A stretch of DNA of 64,000 nt from Gnetum montanum (lineage: Eukaryota; Plantae; Gnetophyta): NCBI GenBank assembly GCA_015680685.1, contig MNCI01001300.1:381086-445085 (forward strand), given 5' to 3'. This document shows positions 1 through 12,019 of the stretch, one piece after another (positions within the stretch are counted from its first letter, which is position 1; the number at the start of each line of letters is the position of its first letter). A program made the translations under genes and the position numbers. Below the pieces are notes generated by a model, which saw nothing but the letters and a program-made list of their open reading frames with translations, was not told the origin of the DNA and searched no databases.

Positions 1-183
1 AGTAGTTAGAACAGAAGAATGGGGAAGAAACCAGTGGGCTAAAAGAGATAATTGTTCGACTGAAATCTTGATTTCTTGGAGGAGGAAATCCAAAGTGAGA
101 TTTAGGCTAGAGAGAAAGTTGCTGGCTCATTTGCGATGAAGCCTATCAGTTGGGCCTCAGACATTCCAAGATAGGAGGTTCAT
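1..183 (-). pseudogene. L1 ORF2 N-terminus (APE endonuclease), in-frame stops
   Basis: ATG at 183-181 gives MNLLSWNV*GPTDRLHRK*ASNFL...DFLLQEIK, matching the SWNVRG and LQET motifs. Confidence 0.85.
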
Positions 184-1316
184 GGAGAAGCTCTAGATGT
201 TATGAGTGACAGGGAAGTAGAAGGATCGGGGTTAGGAATGTCAGTTGTCATAGTAGTAAAAAGAATTGCAAAGGAGTTGCTTGTATTAACAGGTAAAGTT
301 GGGTTAGTTTTGGGCAAAGGAGAGGAAGGAGGAGTAGTGGTTTTAGATGCTTTGGCCCTTTTCCTTCCCCCTACTATGACAAACTCATCACGTAAAAGTG
401 AATCTTGGATTGATTGTGAGTGGATGATTGGTGCCTTGGACCTAGCCTTACTGAGAGAATAGGATTGGGAGACTCTTGCCTTGAAGGGAGTAGATGAGGA
501 AGAAAGGTGTGAAGCATTATTAGAAGTAGAACCGAACTTAATAGGAGCAATTGGTGGATTAGGTTGAGGAGTGACTACAGAACTGGATTTGGGAGGATTG
601 GTTTGAGATTTTTTCTTAGCTAGAAAGGGATAGTTAGAAATGTGGTGCTCTGCATGATGGCAGTAGCTACAAGAGTTAGGAAGATAAAAATAGTCTACCT
701 TTTGAGTAAAAACTTTTCCTCTAGCTCCTAAGGTTAAAGAGGTTTTCTTTTGGGAAATGTCTAGTTCGATACAGTAGCAACGAAAGTGAGCCCTGTTAAC
801 CTCAATTCCGTGGTTGAAGATGACTCGACCTAAGGCGCTAACTATGTCTTGCTCAACAGGTGAAAAAATTAAAGGAAGATTAGGGAGCTCTACATAACAA
901 GGGATAATATTAAAGGTTGGGTCGTTGACATTGAAATCAAATTTCCAGGCGTGGGCAATAAGTGTAGCATTACGAGCAGGAAAAATTTGAAGAGAGAGAG
1001 CTTTCTCGATGTGAGAAGCCTCAGAAAGTTCAGCAAGGACAAAATTACGAGCATAGTATCAAGCGTGTAAGACTTGTATTCCGTGGGCTTGTCAAATATT
1101 TTTAATATGCAAATTAATGCTTAATGATCGAGGTAGATAACCTACTATTTGAAAAAAAATAAAGTGTGCAGAAAAATCTTGAGAAATAGATTCAAAAATA
1201 TCTTCAGGTAAAAGAAAATCCAAAGATTCTGAGTTGGGAGAACTTCCCTGAGGTGAAGAAGCAGCAGCCGCTGAAGATTCGTCCATATCCTTACATGAAA
1301 GGAGCTTGACGTCCAT
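180..1316 (-). pseudogene. L1 ORF1 (DUF4283-like region, zinc knuckle, S/P-rich tail), disrupted
   Basis: Track ORF 1092..1427(-) continues past a stop into ...HAWKFDF...CYVELPNLP... and the knuckle near 630-700. The last frame ends at a TGA that overlaps the ORF2 ATG. Confidence 0.75.
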
Positions 1317-1382
1317 TGAAACTGGCTCAACGCCGGTAATAACGCAGTGGCAGCCCTGGCACAACCCGCAGCAATAGCATGA

Positions 1383-2625
1383 ATGAGCCATATTATGAAG
1401 CTTTGGGAGAGAATCATAGAGTAGCATCTCAAACCTAAGTCAATAATATCAAAAAATCAATTTGGATTTATGCCAAGGAGATCTACTATAGATGTTATTT
1501 CTTAATACTACAATTAATGGAGAAATTCAAAAAACATAGAAAAAAATCTACAATTGATCTTTATTGACTTAGAAAAAGCATATGATAGAGTGCCCAAAGA
1601 TATTATTTGGTAGGCCTTGCAAAGGAAAAACATCTATGATAAATCTACTCAAGTGATTCAAGATATGTATGAAGGAGCTACCACTAAAATTAGAACTGCT
1701 TATGGAACATCATCTAATCTTCTTGTCACATTAGATCTACATCAAGGGTCTATGCTTAGCCTATACTTACTTGTCATTATTGTGAATGAATTAACAAAGG
1801 AAATACAAGATGAAAGTCTTTGGTGTGTGCTATTTGTAGATGATATTGTGTTACTAGATATAGCTTAAAAAATATTACTTCTAAAATGGAGAAGTAGAGA
1901 CATGTTCTAGAATTAAAAGGCTTAAAAATTAGCAAAAGTAAGACAAAATATATCAAATGTGTTTTTAATAACATCAATAGTAGTGAAATAGAAGTAATAA
2001 TTTAAGGATAAAAGGTCCCTCACTACAAAAAGTTCCACTACCTAGGACCAATCCTCCAATCAGATGGTAAAATTGATAAAGATACAAGAAATAAAATTGA
2101 GGTAGGATGATCAAAATAGAGATAGGCTAGTGGTGTTCAATGTGATAAAAGGATACCAATAAAACTAAAGGGAAAATTTTACAAGATAGCAATTAGGTCT
2201 TCAATCTTATATGGTGCTAAATGTTGAATAGTACAAAAGAAGCATGGACAACAAATCAATGTAGAAATAATGCAAATGCTTCGATGGATTTAAAATATTT
2301 CTAGAAGAGATAAACTACATAATATAGACATTACAGGAATACCTGGAGTAGCTTGTATTTTGGATAATATACAAGAATGGTAGGTTTGATGGTTTGAACA
2401 TGAGCAAAGAAGATTAGACAATGAACCTATAAAAAAATGTTACTACATTACTATTCTAGGAAAGCTACTAAAAGGAAGACCAAAGAAGACATGAGGAAAA
2501 ACAATTAAAGATGATTTAAAGAAACTACAAATAAACAACTATCTAGCTTTTCATAAAGGTGAATGATGAAAAAGAACTCATGTAGTTGACCCATTTGTTA
2601 GGATAAGGCTAAGTTGATGATGATG
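1383..2625 (+). mobile_element. RTE-clade LINE, 5'-truncated (RT domain to 3' end), decayed
   Basis: Motifs MSHIMKLWERIIE, QFGFMPRRST, FIDLEKAYDRVP, LHQGSMLS, WCVLFVDDIVL, LKGKFYKIAIR and GRPKKT. The 3' end CATGTAGTTGACCC...GGATAAGGCTAAGTT is followed by a (GAT)n tail, typical of plant RTE. Confidence 0.92.
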
Positions 2626-2989
2626 AATCTGATGATTGAAATTGTTTTACTAAGGAAAATCTAGTTTTAGCCTTGATTTTTTATCAATATTTTAGTTATT
2701 GCTAGTGATAGGTGGCTCAAGTAGTTAGCTCATTATTTTCTTAAATAAGAGGTTGCTAGTTTAAGTCAAGCTTATTCATTATTATATTTTTATATAATTC
2801 TTATAATTTTCCTTATGTATCCTTTTGGCTATATGTCTTGGGGTGCACCTATAGTTCAAATTATGTAGGTTTCATGCTCATCCACCACATGGGGTCCCAA
2901 CCTAATAGTAAAAATAAAAAAAATAAAAAAATCCTTAATTATTAAATATTGAGAAAAGGGGTATCCTAAAGTTACAACATAAGTTTTGC

Positions 2990-4040
2990 ACTTCAATTGA
3001 AAATTTTTGACACTATAAAATTCCAATCTTATTTACGACATGGATTGGTAAGGATTCCTCTTATCAAACTTAGAAAACAACCTTAGTTTAAGGAAAGCTC
3101 CAAGCTAGGTTGAAATAAGAAACATAAGCACTCTATTACTTAGAATGTAATGATAACGAAAATATAAGATACAATGGATTAATATTTATATTTTAGTTTT
3201 TAATAAATAATGGAAACTATAAATAAAATTTTTTTATTAGATCCAAGAAATAACAAAGGATTTGTTGGAAAATTATAAAGCCTCAACATATAGTTGAAGA
3301 AAGTTGAAAATATCATTGATATAATAGTAAAAATAAAAAAAGCTTTGATGGTTAAAGATTGTGAAAAGGGGTATCTTGAAGCTACATCTTAAATTTGGCA
3401 CTTTAATTAAAAAGGTTTTTATGCTCAACTTATATTTGAAATTCCAAGCTAGGTTATAGTATAGGTTGACAAAGATTCCTATTACCAAACTAAGAAAACA
3501 ACCTTAGTTCAAGGTAAGGTCCATATTATACTATTTGAAACAAGAAACAAATATACTTCTATTACTTAGAATATAATGGTGAATTAAATACAAGGTATAA
3601 GACTTATAAGCCTAATGACTTTAAAGCAATGTCTTCAACTTTTTCTTTAAGCTTTTATCTTCACTTTTTCTAGTTTTCTTAGCTCTTATAATGTTTTCTT
3701 CAATCTCATGCTTGGTTAACCTTTATGCTCAAGTTTTATTTAAAATTCTAAGCCTAGTTATAACATGGGCTGGCAAGGATTCCTCTTACCAAACTAAGAA
3801 AACAACCTTAGTTCAAGACAAGCTCTAACCTATATTGCTTGAAACAAGTAATAGAAACATTCTTTTACATATAATATAATAATAAAGAAAATACAAGATA
3901 CAATGGACTAAGATTTACAAGTCGAATTACATTAAAGTGATGTCTTCAACCTTTTCTTTAAGCTTTTATCTTCACTTCATGCATTTTTTAAATTCTTTTA
4001 TTTTAGTTCCATACTTGGTTAACCTCTCGAATTAGGTTTT
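2990..4040. repeat. Three diverged direct copies of a 300-420 bp AT-rich unit
   Basis: The core AGGATTCCTCTTA(T/C)CAAACT(T/A)AGAAAACAACCTTAGTT recurs near 3051, 3473 and 3776, with similar downstream sequence each time. Confidence 0.75.
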
Positions 4041-4719
4041 CTTAACATACCAAATTATAACTATTGGTGATATTACTTTATGGAATTATAATTAGGTTGC
4101 AACCTATAGTTGTCTAATAGTTAACCTTTACCAAAAATTTCAAAAAGTTTCATGTTTCTTAGTGCATATAAAATATGATCCACACTCTACTAATATTTGT
4201 GTATGATAACATTGAAACTCATACTATGCTTGCAATTTGACTTTCCATCAAAATCTTGAGATGGAAGTATCCTTGATGTGGTTAAAGTACAACCTACACC
4301 TAAGGGTACGTATAGTCATCTAATTTTGGTTCTAGCACTATAACCTATACTTAGTTAACAACTAACTACAATTGGAGTGCTAATCACACCTTGTCCATAG
4401 TAAGGTTGATATACAAATTATAACAATAAAATAACCTCAAGATTGATGATGACTAGGTTGTGACTAGCAACTTGCCAATCCTTCTAGATTGTGATTAGAC
4501 TACAATTGTTAATTAACTTGTAATCTAGATTTTAATATAATTCACACAACATAAGTGCTTCAAATCAAAGTCTAAACAACCTCAAAAATTCTTAAGATTC
4601 AATAAAAATATTTAAAAAATATAATTAAGTTAAGAGGGATGAGAAGTTGTTCCTATGGTAGACCTTCCATTCTTCAAAAGATAATTAATGGATACATTTA
4701 GGCTAGGCTTAAAATTGGA

Positions 4720-4816
4720 AATAAATAAAGATCTTGCACTTTGTAGATGTGAATGAAAAAAAAGAACTCATGTAGATAACCCCATTTTGTTTGGACAAGG
4801 ATAGAACAATGATGAT
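4720..4816 (+). mobile_element. Short RTE 3'-end fragment
   Basis: GAATGAAAAAAAAGAACTCATGTAGATAACCCC...GGACAAGG...GATGAT matches the 3' end of the RTE at 2560-2625. Confidence 0.7.
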
Positions 4817-4956
4817 CTAAGCTATGCTTAAGCTTCCATTCATTTAATTTAGACTCATGGATTTATACAACAACTTTTGAATTCTAGTCAATTTAGCTCA
4901 TTTTGTACAAGGTTGTTGTGAGTCTAATTACAATGATTCTCATTGCAACATCTTTT

Positions 4957-4973
4957 TGGTGCTACAAGGATGG
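4957..4973 (+). promoter_or_regulatory. Primer binding site, tRNA-Asn type (degenerate)
   Basis: TGGTGCTACAAGGATGG versus the expected TGGCGCTAGAAGGAGGG, just after a CA LTR end. Confidence 0.7.
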
Positions 4974-5479
4974 CCAATTCAATAGAAACTAGGATTTGTT
5001 TCTGTGTTGCTTCATAACTTTTTATGTCACATCAATACCTATTATAAAAGTGATGTTTTATCTCAACATATCTTTTTCTTGATGTCTCTTATGAGCCTTA
5101 GACCTCTTTTTTAGAAAATCAAACAATTCGTAACAACCATATACATCTCTATGAGCATGAAAAGACCATTTCATGTCATGACATCATCATCAAGCTTTTA
5201 TTTCTTTAAACTTCAATGGCTTATTGACGTGAGCTAAAATGAGGGATTATCTAAAGGTTTAAGCTAGAGAGGCTATAAGATAGCTTTTACTAAAAGGAAA
5301 CTTGGTAATGTGCATTTTCCAGAAATGTTGATACTGATGCTGCAATATAGAACCACCAATATGATCTACCTTCTTTTTTTTTTCTTGTTCCAAATAATCC
5401 ATTTGAGCTTGATTCTAGTGAAGCAAAAGAAATTGTTGAGTTCATCATGAAGCCAAAAACAAAATCCAGGAAAAGATTT

Positions 5480-8250
5480 ATTTGCAAATAGAAGCTAGAA
5501 TGAAGGACATCATGGAACAACCTCTTAATTCCAACATCGCGATTAGGGGGAAAAGGGAAAGCATAGTCTTAGACTCTAATGTTCATTTAACGAATGAAGA
5601 TGAAGAAAACCAATTGAGGATACAAATAGATCTAATCTTTTGTCACACCACATATATAATATTAATATTATTGTTATGCATGCTTACTTGCCTAGACCTA
5701 TCTCCCTTAACATGAATCAACCTAGCCCTAGCCTCCTAGTTAGATCTATTCCTCTACCCTATAATCTCTTTTCTCCTAATGATACTAGTAATCTACATTC
5801 TTTCTTTTAATCCCCAAACCCACTTTCTAGATCATCATATTTTATTCCTTAGTCTTAGTCCACTATTTCATCATTCTCTTTCATTTCAATTTCTATGGCT
5901 ATCACTGCCCCTTTATTAAATACTTTTTAACCTAATTGCATGCAACCTTCCCCTTTACATCTTGCTCATCTCATTTTACTTAGCTTGCCCATCTTAACAA
6001 CACATGGATTTGCCATGTATATGCATCCTACTCTAATTGTTTCACTTGTGACTATAGTCCAACTTAAGCCACATCCTCATGGAACTAACCCACAACCCTT
6101 AGCGTTACTTAATGATGTCATGACCTACCTTTAGAGTAACAAAGATAAAATAGAAAAGGTTTTGGCCCTGCAAGATGGCTCCCCCATCTCTTTAGATCAA
6201 GTTCTTAATTATCCTATTAGTTCATATATGTCCATGCCTATTCTTCTTAAGGGAATCTCATTGCCAACATTCACTAAGTACAATGGAGAAATGGGTGACC
6301 CTATGAATCATATAGTTACCTTCAGGAATGAATGTCTATTTCTTATCCTCTATTCTCACATTATTCTTGGGATGCTCCAATTTAGTATCTAGAAGGACAC
6401 TCAAATGGTAAATGTCTTTGGTGAATGGTTTGAATACCTTCTTGAAATAATTGTTAGTTGTTTTTATTGAGGGCTTTTAAGTTCAATGTAGTTCAAAGTA
6501 GTAATGTGATATCATTTGTGGCTATTAAGCAAGCCCTTAATAAGCCTATTGATAAATTTATATCTTGGTGGATAGTATCTTCTATGAAATTATTTTATCA
6601 CTTGAAGGAATTCCACCTTCAAGATATCTCTGAAGTTGCATTAATTGACTACGTTCAAAAGAAGATGACCTATCCCAAACCTCATTTTCTAAATGATGCT
6701 TTCCTAGCTACCAAATGTATTGAAGAAGTTATAGTTTAGCATCGTGACTAGGAATTCCTATCAATTCAAAATAAAGTTAATAAAGATAGAATGTAGAATC
6801 CAAAGGAATAGGGATTAATACACTAAATTACCTAGGAGATATTTCTTGCTCCTTAACAACCTCCTTAGAGATGGCCACTTAAGGAGGAAGTAGGTGTCTA
6901 ATCAAATGAGGGTGTGGTATTGTCAAATTCAATTGATAGTTATGGACCTTTCTCAAAGGTAACAAGAGGATCCTAAGGTTCCAAAATGATATGATTATAG
7001 AAAGTATTATTAATGCCATGAGACTATTAGGCATGATAGAAACAACTATAGGAATTTGAACGATGATATTCATGACCTTATAGACAAAAGTAAGATAGTG
7101 GTTAAAATTAAACCATTAATAATGTATCCAAATAACTAGCAATTAGAAGTGTTTAAAGATCCTTTGAAAACTAAAAATATCATCTTTTCTCCTCACCCAG
7201 GAAAGAATGCTCATCATTCTCCACTAAAAGAGTTGTATTTTACTCGTAGGTTTAACAACATAGATTATAGGCAACAATCAATACTATCTAAGAAACCTTA
7301 TGTGATTTTTTGGTTTGATTATATAAACCTTGTGTCATTATATTGTAAATATTCACAAGCTTTATATTGTAGAAATTCCACTAAAGATAAACAAGCCTTT
7401 CATCCATCTACTCATTCATCTATAAGATCATATCACATCACCTCTATACCTCATTATTATCCCTTAAATTCATGATTGCCAAAATTGAAACTTAGACTTC
7501 ACTAACCATTCTGTCCCTTGTATTTGCACCATGTGCCATACTATCTTCTTAATCATGAATCACATCTTCTCAAACTATGTCATAATTACTAATATAGTCC
7601 TTTTCATCCTTCCAAGTGAATGTTCTTACTCGTAGCCATTAGACCAATGAACCTCAATAGGACAAAGGAAAAGAAAAGATCATTGATATGCCTAAATAGC
7701 ATTCTAAGGCCCAGAAAAAGATCTCTTTCCAACAATGATAAGAACTTGCAAATTTAAATAGTTTTCCTCCTACATCCAATTCTAGACAACTAGTTATAAT
7801 TGCACTTGATCTGCAACCATTTCAATTAGTTGATAGCAAAGTTCTACAACAAATGACTAAAATTATTCATTCCAAAAGGATAAATCTATCTTTATATGAT
7901 CTTGTTACAACTTCTATTGAATATTTGGTGGCTTTGTATGATGTTCATAAAATGATTATGGTTCCAAGTGATATTCTTGTCTAGACTGAGGCTATTTTGT
8001 CCTTCCTCCAAGTCCCTTATTAGAACTTAGATAACCTAAACTTCCATGGTGAGAATATTAAGACAAGATTAAAAAATCGTACAAATTTGCTAGCTATTTA
8101 CATATATAAGAATCAAAGCGTCATCTAATATTATTATACCATTGATACATATTGATGACAACATGGAGTCTAACATGACCACTTAGACTGTTATCAAATG
8201 ATTTGATCTTCATGATTAGATAACGTTTAATGAAACTTATACATTGAAAT
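5480..8250 (+). pseudogene. gag: Tat-like gag and protease remnant
   Basis: LKGISLPTFTKYNGEMGDPMNHIVTFRNEC (ORF 6162..6392); IKQALNKPIDKFISWW; INLSLYDLVTTS near 7880; a protease-like IHIDD...NETY near 8145-8240. Confidence 0.7.
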
Positions 8251-10956
8251 TTCCTTGAGTGTTTCTTTCATCCATTAAAGTTAAGCAGAATAGCTTCTAG
8301 ATGAAATATATTTGGTTTCTGCCATAAAAAGTGTTGTGGAAGTTTGCTTTTTTGGTTGTCCAAGAGATAATGCTTTTACCTAGGAAAAAGAAATTTCTAG
8401 TTGTGCTTTGATGGTTATCAGAACAACCTGCCCAATTTGCATCACAATATCTAGCAAGATCAAGTGGAGAATCCTTTGGATATCAAAGGATCCAATTAGT
8501 TGTACCTATTAAATAATAAAAAATTCATTTAACATCTTTATATGGGATTCTCTTGGGTTGGTTTGATATCTCACACAAATTCCTACACCTAATGCTATGT
8601 CAACTCTACTAGCAGTTAAATAAAGTAGGTTACCTATCATACCTTCATAAAGCTTGTGATCAATAAGTTTTTCTTGATCATCTTTGGTGAGCTTGAAATT
8701 GGCTACCATGGGAGTGCTCTTTACCTTAACTTATTCTAGTTTGAATTTGAGTATAAGATCTTTGACATCTTTGATTTGACAAATGAAGGTTCCATCTTTT
8801 GTTTGATTGATTTGAAAGCCAAGAAAGTTATTAAGATCTTCCATCATGCTCATTTCAAATTCTGATTGCATCAATTCTAAAAACTACTTGCATAGAATTT
8901 CATTAGTGGTGCCAAAAATAATATCATCAACATAGATTTGATCTATAAGTAGATCATTTCCTTCTCTTTTGAGAAATAAAGTGACATCATCCTTACCTCT
9001 TTCGAAGCCATTGGATGTAAGGTGTTGGTAAATTCTTTAGTATTAAGCTCTAGGAGCTTGTTTAAGCCCATAGAGAGCCTTCTTGAGCCTATAAACATGA
9101 TTAAGATTGATGGGATATACAAAACCTTTAGGTTGTTCAACATATACCTCTTCTTGTATGGTCCTATTTAGAAAAGCACTTTTCACATCCATTTGATATA
9201 GCTTGATATTTTTAATACTAACACATGCTAAAAGAAGTCTAATAGATTCAAATCTAGCAACGACAGTAAAAGTTTCATCAAAATCAATTTCTTCTTATTT
9301 ATTGTAGCCTTTTGTAACTAATCTAGCTTTATTTTTAATAATATTTTCATTTTCATCAATTTTATTTCTAAAGATCCATTTTGTCCCAATAATTGGTTTA
9401 TGGTATAGTTTTGTTGTTAATTCCCACACATCATTCCTAGTGAATTAATTTAGTTCATCTTGCATAGTGAAAATGCAACCTTCTTCTCCTTCTGCTTCTT
9501 TGAAGTTTTTGGGCTCTACTTGTGAAAGATATGCTAAATAGGCACAAATTTCCTTAGTTTGTCTTCTAGTGTGAATTCCATCTTATACTTGTTCAATTAC
9601 ATCATTGAGATAGTGTGTTTTATTAAGTCTAGGCATCATAGGTTGAATTGGTGATATTTCCTCAGGTTCATCTTCATTGTCTTCCTCATGTTCACTATCT
9701 AATTTTGAATTTTTATCAATATGTACTTGTGAGGAGCTAGAAAATTTTTGAATGGGAACTATTTCATCATTAGTATGTGGAGAAGTAATGTTGCTATCAT
9801 CAATTTTAAGATTAATGATTTCTTCTACAACATTTTTTCTTTTATTGAAGACTCTATATGTTCTACTCAAAGAACAATATCCTAAGAATATGCCTTCATC
9901 AGTTTTAGGGTTAGATTTTCATAAGATATCTTTATCATTGAGAATATAACATTTAGAACCAAAAACATGAAAATAACCTACTAAAGGGTTTCTACTAGTC
10001 CATAATTCATAAGGAGTTTTAGAGGTAAGCCTTCTTACGAAAACTTTGGTGGAGATGTAGCAAGCAGTGTTAATTGCCTTAGCCCAAAAATGATTGGGAA
10101 GACTTTTGTCATTCAATATAGTTCTTCTCATTTCATTCAAGATCCTATTCCTCTTTCAACTATACCATTTTGTTTTGGAGTTCTTGTAGCAGAGAATTGA
10201 TGAGGTATGCTATTCATTTGACAAAATTGCTCAAACTTACATTCTTGAATTCCTCTTCATTGTCACTCCTAATGACTTTGACACCACAGCCTTTTTATTT
10301 CTGAATCTGATTACAAATGCTTAAGAAATGATCAAATACCTCATCCTTATGATATAAAAAGGCAACCCAAGTAAAATGAGAGTAATCATCAACAATAGTT
10401 AGGAAATACCTGTTCTTTTCCAAACTATGTGTTTGGCAAGGACCAATTGGATCCATGTGAAGTAAATCTAAGGAATGAGAGGTAGATATATAATTTTTCT
10501 TACCAAACCTTACCCTTGTTTTCTTTCCATTTTGGCATGCTTCATAGGTGTTTACATTGAAGTATTTAAGTTTGGGCAAACTACAAACCATTTCTTTTAT
10601 CACTAAAGTCTAAAGAATCTCCTTATTTATATGGCCTAGCTTTCTATGCCACATACAAGTGCCATTTGTATTACTGATAAAGCACTTGGATTTAAGGTTA
10701 GGATCATTTCCAAAAATAATAGTGTAAACATTGCTTTTTCTAGCTTCTTTTATCACAGTGTTTCTAATAGTTGAGTATTTTATTCTATAGGTTTCTTTAG
10801 AAAAAGTAACATCAACATTTAAATTACAAAGTTGACTAACACTTAGAAGATTATGCTTTAATCCTTTGAAAAAGAACACTTTATTTACAGTAGGTATTAT
10901 GCTTTAATCCTTTGACAAAGAACACTTTATTTATAGTAGGTTGTCCCTTACCTTTT
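8250..10956 (-). pseudogene. pol: SIRE-like Ty1/copia pol (GAG-pre-integrase, integrase, RT, truncated RNase H)
   Basis: WHRKLGHIN; LDLLHMDPIGP...LTIVDDYSHFTWV; FWAKAINTACY; KTPYELW; LYQMDVKSAFLN; QIYVDDIIFG...EFEMSMM; YLTASRVDI; YCDANWAG. The order INT-RT-RH is the copia order. Confidence 0.92.
10851..10941. repeat. 46-bp tandem duplication inside the copia pol
   Basis: TTATGCTTTAATCCTTTGA(A/C)AAAGAACACTTTATTTA(C/T)AGTAGGT occurs at 10851 and 10897. Confidence 0.85.
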
Positions 10957-10961
10957 CCTCC

Positions 10962-11855
10962 TAATGAAGTGTTCAGTTGATATGTTGACTAGGCTGCATT
11001 AACGGAGCCTCATTGACGCGGCCATGTTGACGTGACCTATTGATGTATCCATCCATGCGTTAATGTGACCCCGTTAACATAGAATCTATCTCTTGTTATA
11101 AATATGTGTGCACCTACAACATTTATGGCATCTTTTTGGTAGTTATAGCAAAGCCCTTGCAGTTTTTTTTCATGTAAGTTAGAATATTTCTCAAGTGCCC
11201 GCAATAGGTGTGAGAAAGGTGTATGGCTCTTTATTCGAGCTCTAATGTACCTGAGCCCATTAGCGTGAGCAGCAATAAAGATGAGCTTTTTGAATATTCC
11301 TTGCAGAATTTGGATATAATTACTTAAGCATTAAAACACTTTAATATTTTGACATTTTAAGCATTCCAAAGTTCTTTATTATTATCGCTTTATGTTTATT
11401 GTCCTTTTGATATTTTATGAGAACCATATGCACAACCATCTCGAACATATATTAGAAACTTGGTAACCTAGTGACGCTTAACATCTAGTAATCTAGTAGT
11501 GATTAGGATATGCTCAGGGTGTGCACGGAAGATGGGATTGATTGCTTATGCTAGGGAGAGTTAAGCGATAGAGTAGAATTATTACAAGTTAGACAACTTT
11601 CCATTTCCTACATTAAAAGAGTTAGACCTTTAAAGATAAAAAGAAAATTGATAAAAATCATTTTCCTCAATCTCACTCAACCATCACTTTAGAATATCAC
11701 AGGTGAGATTGGGAAGACAACAACTATTCTTACTAGGGTTTTGCTAGCTAGAATTCGATGTACATAAGTGCTTGCAGTCTACGGAATTCAACCAAATTGT
11801 GTGTGAATGTCCATGATTTGTATGGTTGGGCATAGGAGTACCTCACCACTCATCA
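10962..11855 (+). repeat. 5' LTR of the Athila-like element
   Basis: Colinear with 22896-23775; TATAAAT near 11097; ends CACCACTCATCA. Confidence 0.93.
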
Positions 11856-11856
11856 T

Positions 11857-11873
11857 TGGCACTATTTCAAGGA
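11857..11873 (+). promoter_or_regulatory. Degenerate PBS, tRNA-Asp type
   Basis: TGGCACTATTTCAAGGA directly after the LTR resembles the Athila PBS TGGCGCCGTTGCCGGGGA. Confidence 0.55.
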
Positions 11874-12019
11874 TTGTTAGTCTTACATGCGCTATCTAGT
11901 CTTAGCAAGATCATCATTCACTTCGTTGGAATAGACCTAGGATAGTAAAATCTATGCACGCTAGGCGGCTTAAGTAAAAGGATAAGGCATACTAGTTTAG
12001 TTATTATATAACATCAAAA

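Larger units (their letters stand above)
1..1380 (-). mobile_element. L1-clade LINE, 5' portion (ORF1 and start of ORF2), decayed; runs off the left edge
   Basis: The minus strand reads CYVELPNLPLIF...IVSALGRVI, then QKVDYFYLPNSCSYCHHAEHHISNYP (plant L1 ORF1 CCHC knuckle), then MNLLSWNV*G...LLQEIK (start of an APE endonuclease). Confidence 0.85.
4820..8250 (+). mobile_element. Old Tat-lineage Ty3/gypsy element, 5' part (LTR 3' end, PBS, gag, protease start)
   Basis: An LTR-like end ...CATTGCAACA at 4950 is followed by a PBS and by gag and protease motifs homologous to the 32465-42092 element. Confidence 0.7.
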
